The notes beneath the pieces were generated by a model. That model was not told the origin of the DNA and did not search any database. It saw only the letters and a list, made by a program, of their open reading frames with translations. A DNA stretch of 64,000 nucleotides from Coraliomargarita sp. (GTDB lineage Bacteria; Verrucomicrobiota; Verrucomicrobiia; Opitutales; Coraliomargaritaceae): NCBI GenBank assembly GCA_965216325.1, contig OZ244160.1, positions 1,056,001 to 1,120,000 on the forward strand, read 5' to 3'. The first letter of the stretch is position 1, and each line of letters starts with the position of its first letter. Both the position numbers and the translations under genes were made by a program. Below, piece after piece: positions 49,253-59,322 of the stretch.

Positions 49253-50521
49253 ATGGATGTGTTGAGTGCATGGCGTAGCCTACTAATCCCCGATAACGGA
49301 TTTCAGTTTCACGACCTATGGCAGGTGCTTTGCGTTTTACTGACACTCGTGGCCATTCGACGCTTGGTGCCGCCAATTGAAATCAGGGACCGAACCAGGC
49401 AGTATTGCACTGGCCTTTGGTTTAAAGAGCAGCGGACCTTCCTGCTGTTCTGGATTTTAACAACGGTCTACTTTCTGTTGGGTGTTTTTGTCTTTGGGCA
49501 AGAGGTGTCGATTTTTCGCCTCTTTGCCTTTCTCGGAGGAGCGTGGGCACTTATCGGGCTGGCAAGTAGCATGATCCCTGATCGCTTTTGGGCGAAATCC
49601 ATTGCAGCAGTCTGTTATGTTGGCGCCAGTTATTGTGTCCTAGCTCAAGCCGGTGAAGGCGTCATACTGTTGGATCAATTCTCGTTCACAATGGGCAAGA
49701 TTCGGCTCTCGGCATGGACGATTTTAGCCGGTCTCGTTACCATCGCATTTACGCTGTGGATCGGTTTGGCCATTTCTCGTCTGATCGAGAATCAGTTACA
49801 CAAGGCGCGCCGCATTACGCCGTCGATCAAAGTGTTAATTGCCAAGGTAGTGCGCATTTTAATCGTAATTGCCGCCTGTATGATTGCACTCGATTCCATG
49901 GGGATCGACCTGTCGGCACTGACAGTGCTCGGCGGTGCTGTGGGTCTCGGTCTTGGTTTTGGCCTGCAGAAAGTCGTTTCCAACTTTATTAGCGGCATCA
50001 TTCTGCTGACGGACAATTCGATTAAGCCTGGTGATGTCATCGAAATTGATGGCACTTACGGTTGGATCAACAATCTGCGTGCTCGCTATGCATCAATCAT
50101 CACACGCGATGGCACCGAACATTTGATTCCAAACGAGGATTTAATCACACAGCGTGTCGTCAACTGGTCATTTACCGACGATCTGGTGCGGCTAAAGATC
50201 CCCATTGGGGTTTCCTACAACGAAGACCCACACCAGTGCATTCGCCTGGCCATTGAAGCAGCAGAGTCGGTTGACCGCATCTTGAAAGACCCCGGACCGG
50301 TTTGCTTAATGAAAGGTTTCGGTGATAGCTCGGTCGACCTTGAACTGCGCATTTGGATTTCAGACCCAGCCAAGGGTGTCTCCAACGTGCGCAGTTTGGT
50401 GCTTTTGAAAGTTTGGGATGCGTTTAAAGAGAACGACATCGAGATCCCCTTCCCTCAACGGGATTTGCACATTCGCTCGGGCAGCTTGGTCACCGAGCAG
50501 ACGAACTCGGCTTCGAGTTAG
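49253..50521 (+). CDS. Small-conductance mechanosensitive channel (MscS family)
   Basis: GLGLGFGLQKVVSNFISG, IPNE, VVNWS, IEIPFPQRDLH. Confidence 0.93.
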   Translation: MDVLSAWRSLLIPDNGFQFHDLWQVLCVLLTLVAIRRLVPPIEIRDRTRQYCTGLWFKEQRTFLLFWILTTVYFLLGVFVFGQEVSIFRLFAFLGGAWALIGLASSMIPDRFWAKSIAAVCYVGASYCVLAQAGEGVILLDQFSFTMGKIRLSAWTILAGLVTIAFTLWIGLAISRLIENQLHKARRITPSIKVLIAKVVRILIVIAACMIALDSMGIDLSALTVLGGAVGLGLGFGLQKVVSNFISGIILLTDNSIKPGDVIEIDGTYGWINNLRARYASIITRDGTEHLIPNEDLITQRVVNWSFTDDLVRLKIPIGVSYNEDPHQCIRLAIEAAESVDRILKDPGPVCLMKGFGDSSVDLELRIWISDPAKGVSNVRSLVLLKVWDAFKENDIEIPFPQRDLHIRSGSLVTEQTNSASS

Positions 50522-50534
50522 TTACGGATTCGAT

Positions 50535-50791
50535 GGTGGCGCGTGCGCGTCACGCGCCGTATTCATTTGAGACCGTTTAGGCTTACAAGGCTGTGATGCG
50601 CACCGAGGACGGTGCTGCGCTACCGTTCACTCGGTTCGGGTAGATACCCCGCGACGCTTGCAGGGTGTATCCTGTTGGTAGGGTCGCCTCGCCGAGGCGA
50701 CCGTTCGGCAATGGGGTGTATCTTGTGTAGGTGAAATTTTGGTTGTTTGCAGGGGCTCGGCAAACGGCGGTCTCAGCGAGACAGCTCTACC
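50535..50791. repeat. Cluster of GGTAG-type REP hairpins (BIME-like)
   Basis: GCGCACCGAGGACGGTGCTGCGCTACC; GGTAGGGTCGCCTCGCCGAGGCGACCG; CGGCGGTCTCAGCGAGACAGCTCTACC. Confidence 0.7.
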
Positions 50792-50827
50792 TTTTTGTTG
50801 ATACTCTGCCCCTTGCGGCGTGGAACT

Positions 50828-51274
50828 TCATTCGGAAGCCACTTTCGCCTGCCCTGAAAGTGCTGCCTCAAAGGTGTGCCACGGCAACGTTGCACACTTA
50901 ATCCGTGCGGGGAATTTACGGACCCCCGCGAGTGCAGCAACAGCTCCATCGGCATCCAAGTCGGTCTGCACTTCCTGAGTAAGCACCTCGGTCACACGTG
51001 AGTCCAACTGCTTGGCTTCTGCGAGCGTCTTGCCGATCAAGACCTCCGTCATCATGGATGCCGATGCTTTGCAGATCGCACAGGCTGCTGCTTCAAACTG
51101 AATCGCTTCGATCGTATCACCATTCAGCTGCAAAAAGACGTTCAGCTTGTCGCCACAGAGCGGATTGTAGCCCTCCGCAGTATGCGTGTAGCTCGCAAGC
51201 ACACCATAGTGCCTCGGCCGCTTGTTGTGGTCGAGGATGATATCCTGATACAGGTCGTGCAGATCGTCACTCAT
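50828..51274 (-). CDS. sufU: SUF system NifU-family sulfur-transfer protein
   Basis: [31 protein letters not shown]. Confidence 0.93.
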   Translation of the reverse strand: MSDDLHDLYQDIILDHNKRPRHYGVLASYTHTAEGYNPLCGDKLNVFLQLNGDTIEAIQFEAAACAICKASASMMTEVLIGKTLAEAKQLDSRVTEVLTQEVQTDLDADGAVAALAGVRKFPARIKCATLPWHTFEAALSGQAKVASE

Positions 51275-51279
51275 GCAAG

Positions 51280-52512
51280 TTATCCGAAGAAACGCTGAAG
51301 CTTGGTGACCGCATTGACCAAACGCTCGACGTCATCGAAGTTGTTGTAAAACGCAAACGAGGCCCTCGCGGTGGCAGGCACGCCAAAACGCTTCAGTAGT
51401 GGTTGGGTGCAGTGGTGACCAGCACGGATTGCGACTCCATCGGCGTCCAGAAAGGTGCCGATATCATGCGGGTGAATCTCGTCGATTAAGAATGAAATAA
51501 CCGAGGCCTTGTTTGGAGAGGTTCCATAGATGCACAGACCATCAATTGCACTGAGTTGCTCGGTTGCAGCAGTGAGCAGAGCTTGCTCATGCGCAAGCGC
51601 CCCGACTCGATCAATGCCACCGAGATAGTCGATAGCGGCCGAAAGCCCGATCACACCCGCAATGTGTGGCGTGCCGGCTTCAAACTTACCAGGGATGCCC
51701 TTGTAGGTGGTTCCGTCGAAGTCGACCTTTTCGATCATATCACCGCCGCTTTGGTATGGTGGGAGGCGTTCAAGCCATTCGCGCTTCCCCCAAAGAACTC
51801 CGATGCCGGTGGGGCCAAACACCTTGTGACCTGAAAACACGAAAAACTCGCAGTCGATATCCGCGACATCCACCGCTGTGTGTGGCGTGCTTTGTGCACC
51901 ATCGACCAAGACTGGAACGCCCAGCGCATGGGTCTTGCGGACGATCTCTTTGACCGGATTGATGGTGCCGAGTGCATTGGAGCAATGCACGACCGAGACT
52001 AACTTGGTCTTCTCGCACAGCAGCTGATCAAAGGCTTCCATATCGAGGACTCCATCGTCGTCGACCGGAACGACCTTGAGGACTGCTCCAGTCTTCTCAC
52101 AGGCGATCTGCCAGGGCACTATGTTCGCATGGTGCTCCATGTGCGTGATCAAGATCTCATCACCAGCCTTCAAGATCGATTGGGTGAAACCGTGAGCGAC
52201 AAGATTAATGCCCTCAGTCGTGCCACGGGTGAAAATGATCTCATCTTCATCGTCGATATTGATGAACTTCGCAACTTTGCCGCGTGTTGCTTCGTAGGCA
52301 TCCGTTGCTTGCTCACTGAGATAGTGGACCCCTCGATGAATATTCGAATTCTCCAGCGCGTAGTAGCGTTCCAAGGCATCAATTACCTGCTTTGGCTTCT
52401 GTGCAGTCGCAGCATTGTCCAAATAGGTCAAGGGCTTGCCGCGCACTTCGCTGGCAAGTATCGGGAAATCGGCTCGGATGGCATCCAAGTTGAATGGCTT
52501 TATCTCAGTCAC
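51280..52512 (-). CDS. sufS: Cysteine desulfurase
   Basis: [30 protein letters not shown]. Confidence 0.96.
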   Translation of the reverse strand: MTEIKPFNLDAIRADFPILASEVRGKPLTYLDNAATAQKPKQVIDALERYYALENSNIHRGVHYLSEQATDAYEATRGKVAKFINIDDEDEIIFTRGTTEGINLVAHGFTQSILKAGDEILITHMEHHANIVPWQIACEKTGAVLKVVPVDDDGVLDMEAFDQLLCEKTKLVSVVHCSNALGTINPVKEIVRKTHALGVPVLVDGAQSTPHTAVDVADIDCEFFVFSGHKVFGPTGIGVLWGKREWLERLPPYQSGGDMIEKVDFDGTTYKGIPGKFEAGTPHIAGVIGLSAAIDYLGGIDRVGALAHEQALLTAATEQLSAIDGLCIYGTSPNKASVISFLIDEIHPHDIGTFLDADGVAIRAGHHCTQPLLKRFGVPATARASFAFYNNFDDVERLVNAVTKLQRFFG

Positions 52513-52626
52513 AGCGCTTAGGTTTCGAAGATGACACAGAATCTCAATTGAATTCGGTGGAATTATTTTGGCGCTCCCATTCGGAAAAATCTGGAGATAC
52601 CTCAGTTAGATCGCTTGATTGAGTGC

Positions 52627-53307
52627 ATGCATTACAAACAGGACGGTAAGATACTCACCTACGCCATCGTGCTCACCGCCCTCATTACTGCATCGATTCT
52701 CGGGCTTTCGATGTATTTTTCCAGCTCGACGGTCCACGACTTGTTGACAGAAAACCATGCGCTGAACAAAGCGATTCGGAATCTAACCGATGAACAGCAG
52801 ATCGGCTATGCGACACTGCAATCCAGAACTCGCAACGAATTTGGAGAGCCGGAGAGTGTGGTGCGTTTTGTGCAGACGGCCCCGGGCGATCCGCGTGAGA
52901 TCGTTTCGGAGCAGCTTTTCATGGTTGAAGGAGACATCGTCCATTTCGACGCCTTAATCGTCAAATTCAGCGACCGCTACGTCAAAGAAGGCAAAGGGCG
53001 CGCACTTTACCTGTGGCGGCGCGTCTACAGTGAACACACCCCACCCTCCAGTGGTGAAGCGATCGAGCTCCCAGGCAGCGCTCCAGAGCGTTACTACGAG
53101 ATTACGAAGACCTTGAAAATCAAGGATCGAGACATTTTCTGGGAGGCGATCTGGGACCTCGCCAATGACCCGCAGCAACTCAGCCAGTATGGGATTACCG
53201 CAGTCTACGGTGAGGCGATCTATTTCAAATTGGCTGCGGACAAGCTCTATCGCTTTAAAGTAAGCCCCCAGGGACAGCTTTACGCCGAGGTCGTCGACGC
53301 TCGTTGA
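52627..53307 (+). CDS. Hypothetical membrane-anchored protein
   Basis: N-terminal TM, short coiled coil, globular domain; no family recognised. Confidence 0.75.
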   Translation: MHYKQDGKILTYAIVLTALITASILGLSMYFSSSTVHDLLTENHALNKAIRNLTDEQQIGYATLQSRTRNEFGEPESVVRFVQTAPGDPREIVSEQLFMVEGDIVHFDALIVKFSDRYVKEGKGRALYLWRRVYSEHTPPSSGEAIELPGSAPERYYEITKTLKIKDRDIFWEAIWDLANDPQQLSQYGITAVYGEAIYFKLAADKLYRFKVSPQGQLYAEVVDAR

Positions 53308-53379
53308 AAGACGCCCCTTCTTCTTCGTAGATGACATGGGCGTTTATCAGGAGCACGGAAGTGCTATGATGATAAACTT

Positions 53380-54468
53380 ATGCAAAACCCCACATCATCT
53401 ACACGGACAACTAAGAACGCACTGGGCACAGTAATCAAGCTTGGCATTGACGTGCATGCGAGCACCTACGTGGTGGTCATGAAGATCGATAGCAGCGCCC
53501 CTTCACGCGCGAAGCGCATGAAGCCTGATATCTTCCTTCGATGGATTAAGCAGCTGAGCACTCAGTGCGAGCAGTTGCAAAGTTGCTACGAGGCCGGTCC
53601 TTTTGGTTACAGCCTGCACCGCAAGCTCAAGGCGATGGGCGTGAACAACCACGTAATCCGCCCGATCAACTGGGACACTCATGGTAAGAAGGTAAAGACC
53701 GACGCGCGTGATGCGTTGCAAATGGTCTTGAGTCTGGACGGCTATCTGCGGGGCAATGACCGCAGCTTCAGTGTCGTGCGTGTGCCCAGCGAGCAAGAAG
53801 AGCGTCACCGCAGCCTAACCCGGCAGCGTGAAAGCTTCGTCAAAGAACGTGGCCGTGCGGCCAAGCGTGGTAAGAGTCTGGGACTGTATTACGATCAACC
53901 CTTACCCAGCGGCTGGTGGAAGCCGCGCAAATGGATGCAGCTACTCGAACAGCTCGACGATTTTTTGATCAGCCTGCTGGAGCCACTGCGGTTAAACTGC
54001 CTGCACTTTAGCGAGCTAATCAGCAACATCGAAGAACGTATCGAAGCGCTCGAGCCGGAACGGGTGCTGCCTAAAGGCATGGGGGTGGTCCTCTATGAAC
54101 AGATCGAACGTGAGGTCTGCAACTGGAAGCGATTCAACAACCGCAAGGCGGTCAGTTCCTTTACCGGACTGTGCCCAAGCGAAGACACTAGTGCAAATCG
54201 GCGTTTCCAGGGCTCGATCAACAAACACGGCAGTCCCCGCCTGCGGCATATGCTACAAGAGTGCGCCTGGTTATTGATCCGGTGGAATCCCGGCTACAGT
54301 GGGGTGCGTAAATGGCAGGCCAAGCTCAGCGACGAGACCACCAGTAAGGCGACCCGCAAGAAAATTGCCGTGGCCATCGCCCGGCAGTTCGCCGTGGACT
54401 GGTGGCGCATACGCACTGGCCAATGCAGTCTCGAAGACTTCGGACTGATAAGCAGACAAAACCCATAA
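53380..54468 (+). CDS. IS110 family DEDD transposase/recombinase
   Basis: LGIDVH (D), CYEAG (E), KTDARDA (DD), C-terminal GLCPSEDTS and INKHGSPRLR. Confidence 0.95.
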   Translation: MQNPTSSTRTTKNALGTVIKLGIDVHASTYVVVMKIDSSAPSRAKRMKPDIFLRWIKQLSTQCEQLQSCYEAGPFGYSLHRKLKAMGVNNHVIRPINWDTHGKKVKTDARDALQMVLSLDGYLRGNDRSFSVVRVPSEQEERHRSLTRQRESFVKERGRAAKRGKSLGLYYDQPLPSGWWKPRKWMQLLEQLDDFLISLLEPLRLNCLHFSELISNIEERIEALEPERVLPKGMGVVLYEQIEREVCNWKRFNNRKAVSSFTGLCPSEDTSANRRFQGSINKHGSPRLRHMLQECAWLLIRWNPGYSGVRKWQAKLSDETTSKATRKKIAVAIARQFAVDWWRIRTGQCSLEDFGLISRQNP

Positions 54469-54790
54469 GTCCGAACCAACGCTAAAGGCCTTCACCCTCT
54501 GATTTTAACGTTCTTTTGCAGTTTTCCTTTGTGCGGAGTGAGTCTGACCAAGCCCCTGTTGCCAACACAACGATTTTGTAGAATAGGCCACTTCGCCACC
54601 AAGCTTTTGAATGACCCAATGGATAGGTCATAGTGTGCTCTTCTGAGAAACACTCAGAAACACGGATAGCAGGTTATCCCGGATCATCGAAACTCCGAGG
54701 CCATGCGCGGTGGACGCTCAAAGACGATTGCAATCAAAACAAACCACTTATCTTATGTAAAAACACTCACACGCTTCTACACTCTTGACA
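54469..54790 (+). ncRNA. Putative bridge/seek RNA of the IS110 element (exact ends unknown)
   Basis: Stem-internal loop-hairpin at 54533-54596 whose loop strands match the IS flanks; further hairpins downstream. Confidence 0.65.
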
Positions 54791-54802
54791 GAAACGAACA
54801 TA

Positions 54803-54908
54803 GCAGGGGCTTTGCTTGCCTTCGAGCATGAGCTCAGGCCGAATGGCGAAGCCCGCATCAGATCAGTCGCATTCACATCGGTTCGGGCGTCGCAAGCAAC
54901 GCCCCTAC
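54803..54908. repeat. REP pair of the 17172 family, abutting the IS right end
   Basis: GCAGGGGCTTTGCTTGC...GCGAAGCCCGC and CGGGCGTCGCAAGCAACGCCCCTAC. Confidence 0.7.
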
Positions 54909-54976
54909 AATTTCCAGTAATAGCGATTCCAACAAAGCGAGTTGCCATTCCAGAACTTCCTGTTTGTTTACGCCGC

Positions 54977-55237
54977 ATGGGCAAAATCATCTTTAAACGT
55001 TCCGGCGTCGAGTTCGAGTGGACTGGCGACGATGAAAGCATTCTTGAACTCGCCGAGGCGAATGACCTCGATCTCGATTTCGGCTGCCGAATGGGCAACT
55101 GCACGGCCTGCCAGCACGAGGTGGTCTCTGGTGAAGTTGAATATCCCAATGGCCATACAGGGGAACCCGATGAGGGCTATCAGCTGCTTTGCTGCTGCAC
55201 GCCGATGGGCGATGACGATGTTATCATCAACGCCTAA
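54977..55237 (+). CDS. 2Fe-2S ferredoxin
   Basis: [10 protein letters not shown]...LLCC plant-type motif; start at ATG 54977. Confidence 0.92.
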   Translation: MGKIIFKRSGVEFEWTGDDESILELAEANDLDLDFGCRMGNCTACQHEVVSGEVEYPNGHTGEPDEGYQLLCCCTPMGDDDVIINA

Positions 55238-55258
55238 TCGTATTCTATATTTAACTAT

Positions 55259-55292
55259 AAAAATGCCGCCCCGAATTGGAGCGGCATTTTTT
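55259..55292. terminator. Bidirectional terminator
   Basis: AAAAATGCCGC-loop-GCGGCATTTTTT between convergent genes. Confidence 0.85.
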
Positions 55293-55315
55293 ATGATACT
55301 AAATCGATTCGCGGC

Positions 55316-56959
55316 CTACCACCATGCTTCGGCTTGAACACCAAAGGTGATGCCGTCGGTATCATTGCCGTATGTGGTCGGGGCAACAAAGGTTTCGAAG
55401 TCATCACTCCACCAAGCATAGGTGACAAACATCCGAATTGCCGGGCGAGCAAAGTGCCCTCTGCCTGGGGTAATCTGCGGGGCAATGGTAAGCTTGTAAA
55501 CCTCGCCGGAGATATCGGAGATGTCAGAGTCGGTGTGATCGACACCTGCCTCAAAAGCCAGCGACCAGTAGTCGTTGAAATGGTAGACGGGACGGACACC
55601 AAACGAAACCCATTCAATTTCGGAGTCCTCCACTAGACCAGCGTCCACCAGGTCATAGACAAAAGTCGCCTGCATGGTCCAGTTGGTGTTGTCTGGTTCG
55701 ATGACGAAGTCATCGGTAAAACGGAAGTGCCAGATGTCAGAATAGTCGACTACGGTTGGGTTCATTGCATCACCTGAGCCAGTGCCGTCGAAGTCGGGCT
55801 CGGTTGACTTGAAGTTCGCAGCTGCACCAAAACCGTATTGGACCATGGCCCGGTTGCGCCCACCAAGGATCTCGGAACTTTCATGCAGGATACCGAAGGC
55901 AGCACCCGCATCGCCCTTGATATTGACGTCATTGTTGCCATTCGGGCTATCATTGTCGTCGAGGTCGGCGATCGCGGCCCAGAGCATTGCTTTACCGCCC
56001 GGCACGTCGATGTCCTTAATGCGCACGTCCAGGGTATTTTTACCATTGATTGTTGCATCCTCGACATCGACACCACCGCCTTCAAGTTCGTCAATGCTGC
56101 CCCCGAGCCATGCGACTGAGAGTGTGCCGAAGTCACCCAATTGGATGTCTTGGACGCCGCCACCGAAACCACTCATATCGAGGTAGTAGAAGTCGGTCAT
56201 GTGCACATCGTAGCGATCGTAGTAGATTTGCCCGGCCCAGAAGGTGGCCTCTGGCTGCTCCGCCCAAACGCCCTTAGCAGAGGCGTAAGCCTGCCGCATG
56301 GAGAAGACCGTGTCGTCGGCGTTGGACGTCGGGATGACGTAAGATGGCATGAAGCCAACGTAGAATTCCGTGCCTTCGGGAAGGTCGAGATCCGGGAAGG
56401 TGTAGCCAAAGAGCATTTCGACATAGGTCTCGGCCTCATTACCCAAACGGTATTTGGAACCAGCGCCCGGCGCTTGGAAAGCCTCCATGGTATTGCCGTC
56501 ATCATCTACACCCAGCCCCGAGCGGAAGTAACCGCCAAACTCAAAGCCGCGTGTAACGTCAAATTTATCGAAACTCTCCTCTATCTGAGCCATCTGGGCT
56601 TCGCTGAGCGCATCGCTCTGAGCCGCTGCAGAGTTCGCAGTATTGGCTGCGGTGCTGGCCTTTGCTTCGGCGGCGACCGCACGTTGCTCCACTTGAGCAA
56701 GCTTCGCTTGATCTTCGACGCGTTCGGACTCGAGTTCTTCGACTCGATTTTTCAGTTGCTTGATCTCCGACTCGTAACTTGCACGCATCGCTTCAATCTC
56801 AGCACGTATTTGCGCGAACGCATCGGCCTGAGTCTGAGCAGCATCGGCAGATGCTGTGGCGGCTTCTTGGGCAACGGCCTGATTGAAGACAAACAGGCTG
56901 CTACCAGCGACTGAGAGCATACAGAAAGCTCTCCTCATTGCAGGGTAATTGGTAAGCAT
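55316..56959 (-). CDS. Carbohydrate porin, LamB/ScrY family with N-terminal coiled coil
   Basis: FGGYFRSG, YRLGNEAETY, WAGQ.YY.R...H..DFYY, RPAIR.F, FGVQAEAWW; start uncertain. Confidence 0.9.
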   Translation of the reverse strand: MLTNYPAMRRAFCMLSVAGSSLFVFNQAVAQEAATASADAAQTQADAFAQIRAEIEAMRASYESEIKQLKNRVEELESERVEDQAKLAQVEQRAVAAEAKASTAANTANSAAAQSDALSEAQMAQIEESFDKFDVTRGFEFGGYFRSGLGVDDDGNTMEAFQAPGAGSKYRLGNEAETYVEMLFGYTFPDLDLPEGTEFYVGFMPSYVIPTSNADDTVFSMRQAYASAKGVWAEQPEATFWAGQIYYDRYDVHMTDFYYLDMSGFGGGVQDIQLGDFGTLSVAWLGGSIDELEGGGVDVEDATINGKNTLDVRIKDIDVPGGKAMLWAAIADLDDNDSPNGNNDVNIKGDAGAAFGILHESSEILGGRNRAMVQYGFGAAANFKSTEPDFDGTGSGDAMNPTVVDYSDIWHFRFTDDFVIEPDNTNWTMQATFVYDLVDAGLVEDSEIEWVSFGVRPVYHFNDYWSLAFEAGVDHTDSDISDISGEVYKLTIAPQITPGRGHFARPAIRMFVTYAWWSDDFETFVAPTTYGNDTDGITFGVQAEAWW

Positions 56960-57024
56960 AGCCAAACGCTAAGTTAGCCAGCCTGTGTGGTCAAATCTAA
57001 CTGTGCGTTTCTCAGCACAAAAAA

Positions 57025-57816
57025 TTAGTCCGCCTTGCAGACTTCAATCCGTTCAAAACTGCGCGCTAGACCGGTTGTTGAGTCGATATCGATTAAGCAG
57101 CCAGCGATGCGCACATCCTCGCTGGCAACTGGAAAGCGACGCTTCATCCCATCCAAAAAGGCTTCGATAACAGGCTTGGCCTCACGCCCAAGCACGCCTG
57201 CATAGGGGCCACACATGCCGGCATCGCTTAGATAGGCGGTGCCCTGGGGCAACACACGCCCGTCGGCGGTGGGAACGTGGGTGTGCGTGCCGACCACAGC
57301 CGCAACCCGACCATCCAGATGCCAACCAAACGCAATCTTCTCGGAGGTGGCTTCCATGTGGGCTTCTGCAAACAGCGCATCACACTGATCACCGAGTTCG
57401 GCAATCTTAGCATCCGCCATTTTGAAGGGGCACTCGTCGGATTTCATGCCAATGTAGTTGCGCCCCAGTACGGTAAACAGACCGAGCTTAAAACCATCCT
57501 TTTCGACGACAAGGTGTGTGCGCCCGGGGTTTTGTTTCGGTAAATTTGCCGGACGGCAGACCTGCTCCAATGTGCCGATCTCGTTCTCGAAATTTTTCTG
57601 GTCCCAGACGTGGTCGCCGAGCGTAATCGCATCGACGCCGGCCTTTACGAGTTCATCAGCGATTTTCTTGGTAATACCGGAGCCACCCGCTGCGTTCTCA
57701 GCATTCGCAACGACAATATCAGCCCCCAGTTCCTCACGCAAATTCGCGAGGCGCTCGATTACAAAATTACGGCCCGGCCGGCCTACAATATCTCCTAAAA
57801 ACAGCAGTTTCGGCAT
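57025..57816 (-). CDS. ymdB: YmdB-family metallophosphoesterase
   Basis: [34 protein letters not shown]. Confidence 0.9.
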   Translation of the reverse strand: MPKLLFLGDIVGRPGRNFVIERLANLREELGADIVVANAENAAGGSGITKKIADELVKAGVDAITLGDHVWDQKNFENEIGTLEQVCRPANLPKQNPGRTHLVVEKDGFKLGLFTVLGRNYIGMKSDECPFKMADAKIAELGDQCDALFAEAHMEATSEKIAFGWHLDGRVAAVVGTHTHVPTADGRVLPQGTAYLSDAGMCGPYAGVLGREAKPVIEAFLDGMKRRFPVASEDVRIAGCLIDIDSTTGLARSFERIEVCKAD

Positions 57817-57857
57817 GATCGCGAAGGCTGGGTCAATTCCACAAACTCGGCAAGCTC

Positions 57858-58382
57858 CTATCCATTTTCGGCAGACATGCCTTTACGACTCGGAAACAAC
57901 CAGTCCATCGCATCCTCGAGAATGACGTAAAAACACGGCACAAGAATTTGCCCCGCGCGGATCTTCCCCCAGAGATCAACTTCGTAACTCACCGAAATTC
58001 CAGTCGTGTAATTCGACTCTGCAGTATTGGCACCGCTTTCTCGCCAATTCCGGCGGTAGCCAGTTGAGAGGTCCGCTTGTGGATACAAGTCGGCGCCCGC
58101 CTTCCGTGCCCTTGCCTCTGATTGACGCAGGCGGGCCCAGGCTTGAGCTAAATCAAGGTTTTCCGTAAAGGCTTGTGCCTGCAATTAGTCTAGATCGTCG
58201 CGCTGAAAGGTGTCCCACCACGGGACTGCCGCAATCGAAGTTTCCTTCGGTTGATTGGTGCTAAAGGTCTCCGGCAAGGGCTGCAATACACTGGTATCAC
58301 GCTCAGTTGCAGTAAAGCAGCCCGCTAAGCATAGCGAGAGGGCCATGCTTAGCGCCATAGCCAATCTCCACGTAGCGTTCAT
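57858..58382 (-). pseudogene. Disrupted TolC/NodT efflux lipoprotein fused to an RND permease C-terminal remnant
   Basis: LAGC lipobox, WW..F, in-frame TAA at 58185-58187, N.DL..A.AR, YEVDLWGKIRA, then LVPCFYVILED. Confidence 0.8.
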
Positions 58383-59020
58383 TTGGACAGCTCCTTTGCT
58401 AATAGACCACGCATGCCCGCGATGGAAAAATCATAGATATGTTCTGCGATGACGTCGACATCGGGCATCGGCAAGCGTGGCCCTCCACCCATTTCACGAA
58501 TGAGGCGACTGAAATTATAAAACTGAAACTGTGAGACGATGCTCACCATGGCTAAGCGAATACGCTGCTCGGATACCTTGTCGCCCAAGATCCCTTCGAT
58601 TGCGTGGCGCATATTCGCTCGGTTGTGTCCAATTAGCTCTGAAAAAATCAAATCGACCGCAAAACTGGGCTCTGCGAACTCCTTTGCTACAATGCGGGAC
58701 AAATAGCCGGCTTCTGATTCGCAGAAGATTTGTGAAATCATGGCGTGGATGTGTTGGCGAAGCCGCTGGTGTGGGCTCGCCGTGGCACCCTCAGGTAGTG
58801 CGACTGGAAAGGCTTCATTCGCGAGGCGATACGCCGTGCGCAAGGCCTCCTCGTAGAGGGACTGCTTGTCGCCAAAATGGTAATTGACGGCGGCAACGTT
58901 CGCCTCTGCCTGCTGGGAGATGGCCGCAATCGTGGTCTGCTCGTATCCGCGTTCCGCAAATAAGGCCATTGCGGCCTGCAAGAGTCGTGAACGAGTGCTT
59001 GTCTCTACTTCTGTTGCCAT
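58379..59020 (-). CDS. TetR family regulator (CecR/DUF1956-like)
   Basis: TRSRLL.AA..LFAERG, ANVAAVNYHFGDK, H..DFS.AG. Confidence 0.9.
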   Translation of the reverse strand: MATEVETSTRSRLLQAAMALFAERGYEQTTIAAISQQAEANVAAVNYHFGDKQSLYEEALRTAYRLANEAFPVALPEGATASPHQRLRQHIHAMISQIFCESEAGYLSRIVAKEFAEPSFAVDLIFSELIGHNRANMRHAIEGILGDKVSEQRIRLAMVSIVSQFQFYNFSRLIREMGGGPRLPMPDVDVIAEHIYDFSIAGMRGLLAKELSK

Positions 59021-59035
59021 AATTCAATTGATCAA

Positions 59036-59053
59036 TTTAAACGTCCATTTGAA
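59036..59053. promoter_or_regulatory. Putative TetR autoregulatory operator
   Basis: Imperfect palindrome TTTAAACGTCCATTTGAA 15 bp upstream of the start codon. Confidence 0.4.
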
Positions 59054-59322
59054 TCATTTGTTTCATCTTTTTTCAATTTATCCTTGAGGGGGTGGTTTAG
59101 CCCCCCACGACCAGCCTCCAACAATCCAGTCCAAACTGCTCCCGGGATCGAACCAGGCAGATCCTTGCAGCCCAGAATCCGTCTGGTTTGCCGCTGATAT
59201 GAAACCCGATATCAGTTCTGCTTACGGGCTTGATTTAGAGCGATTTTACTGTCTTCATCCTTCGCTTTTCGCACGGGCACCCTGCCCGCATTAGCTAAAC
59301 ACAACCATCCAACCACACCAAA

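Larger units (their letters stand above)
53331..54803 (+). mobile_element. IS110/IS1111-family insertion sequence with long 3' non-coding region
   Basis: TAG core at both junctions (53328-53330, 54801-54803); outward TTGACA at 54785; removal rejoins a GCCCCT...AGGGGC hairpin; no terminal IRs or TSD seen. Confidence 0.75.

Noticed and set aside
53365..53370. TATGAT as the -10 of a circle-junction promoter with TTGACA at 54785
   Set aside because: With the TAG-core boundaries the spacing would be about 47 bp, far from 17; the junction promoter remains unresolved
54785..54976. N-terminal extension of the ferredoxin ORF
   Set aside because: It runs through the IS end and REP sequence; the ferredoxin domain starts at ATG 54977
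59100..59322. Leader-peptide attenuator upstream of ilvB
   Set aside because: No Ile/Leu/Val-rich leader ORF or U-tailed terminator could be identified
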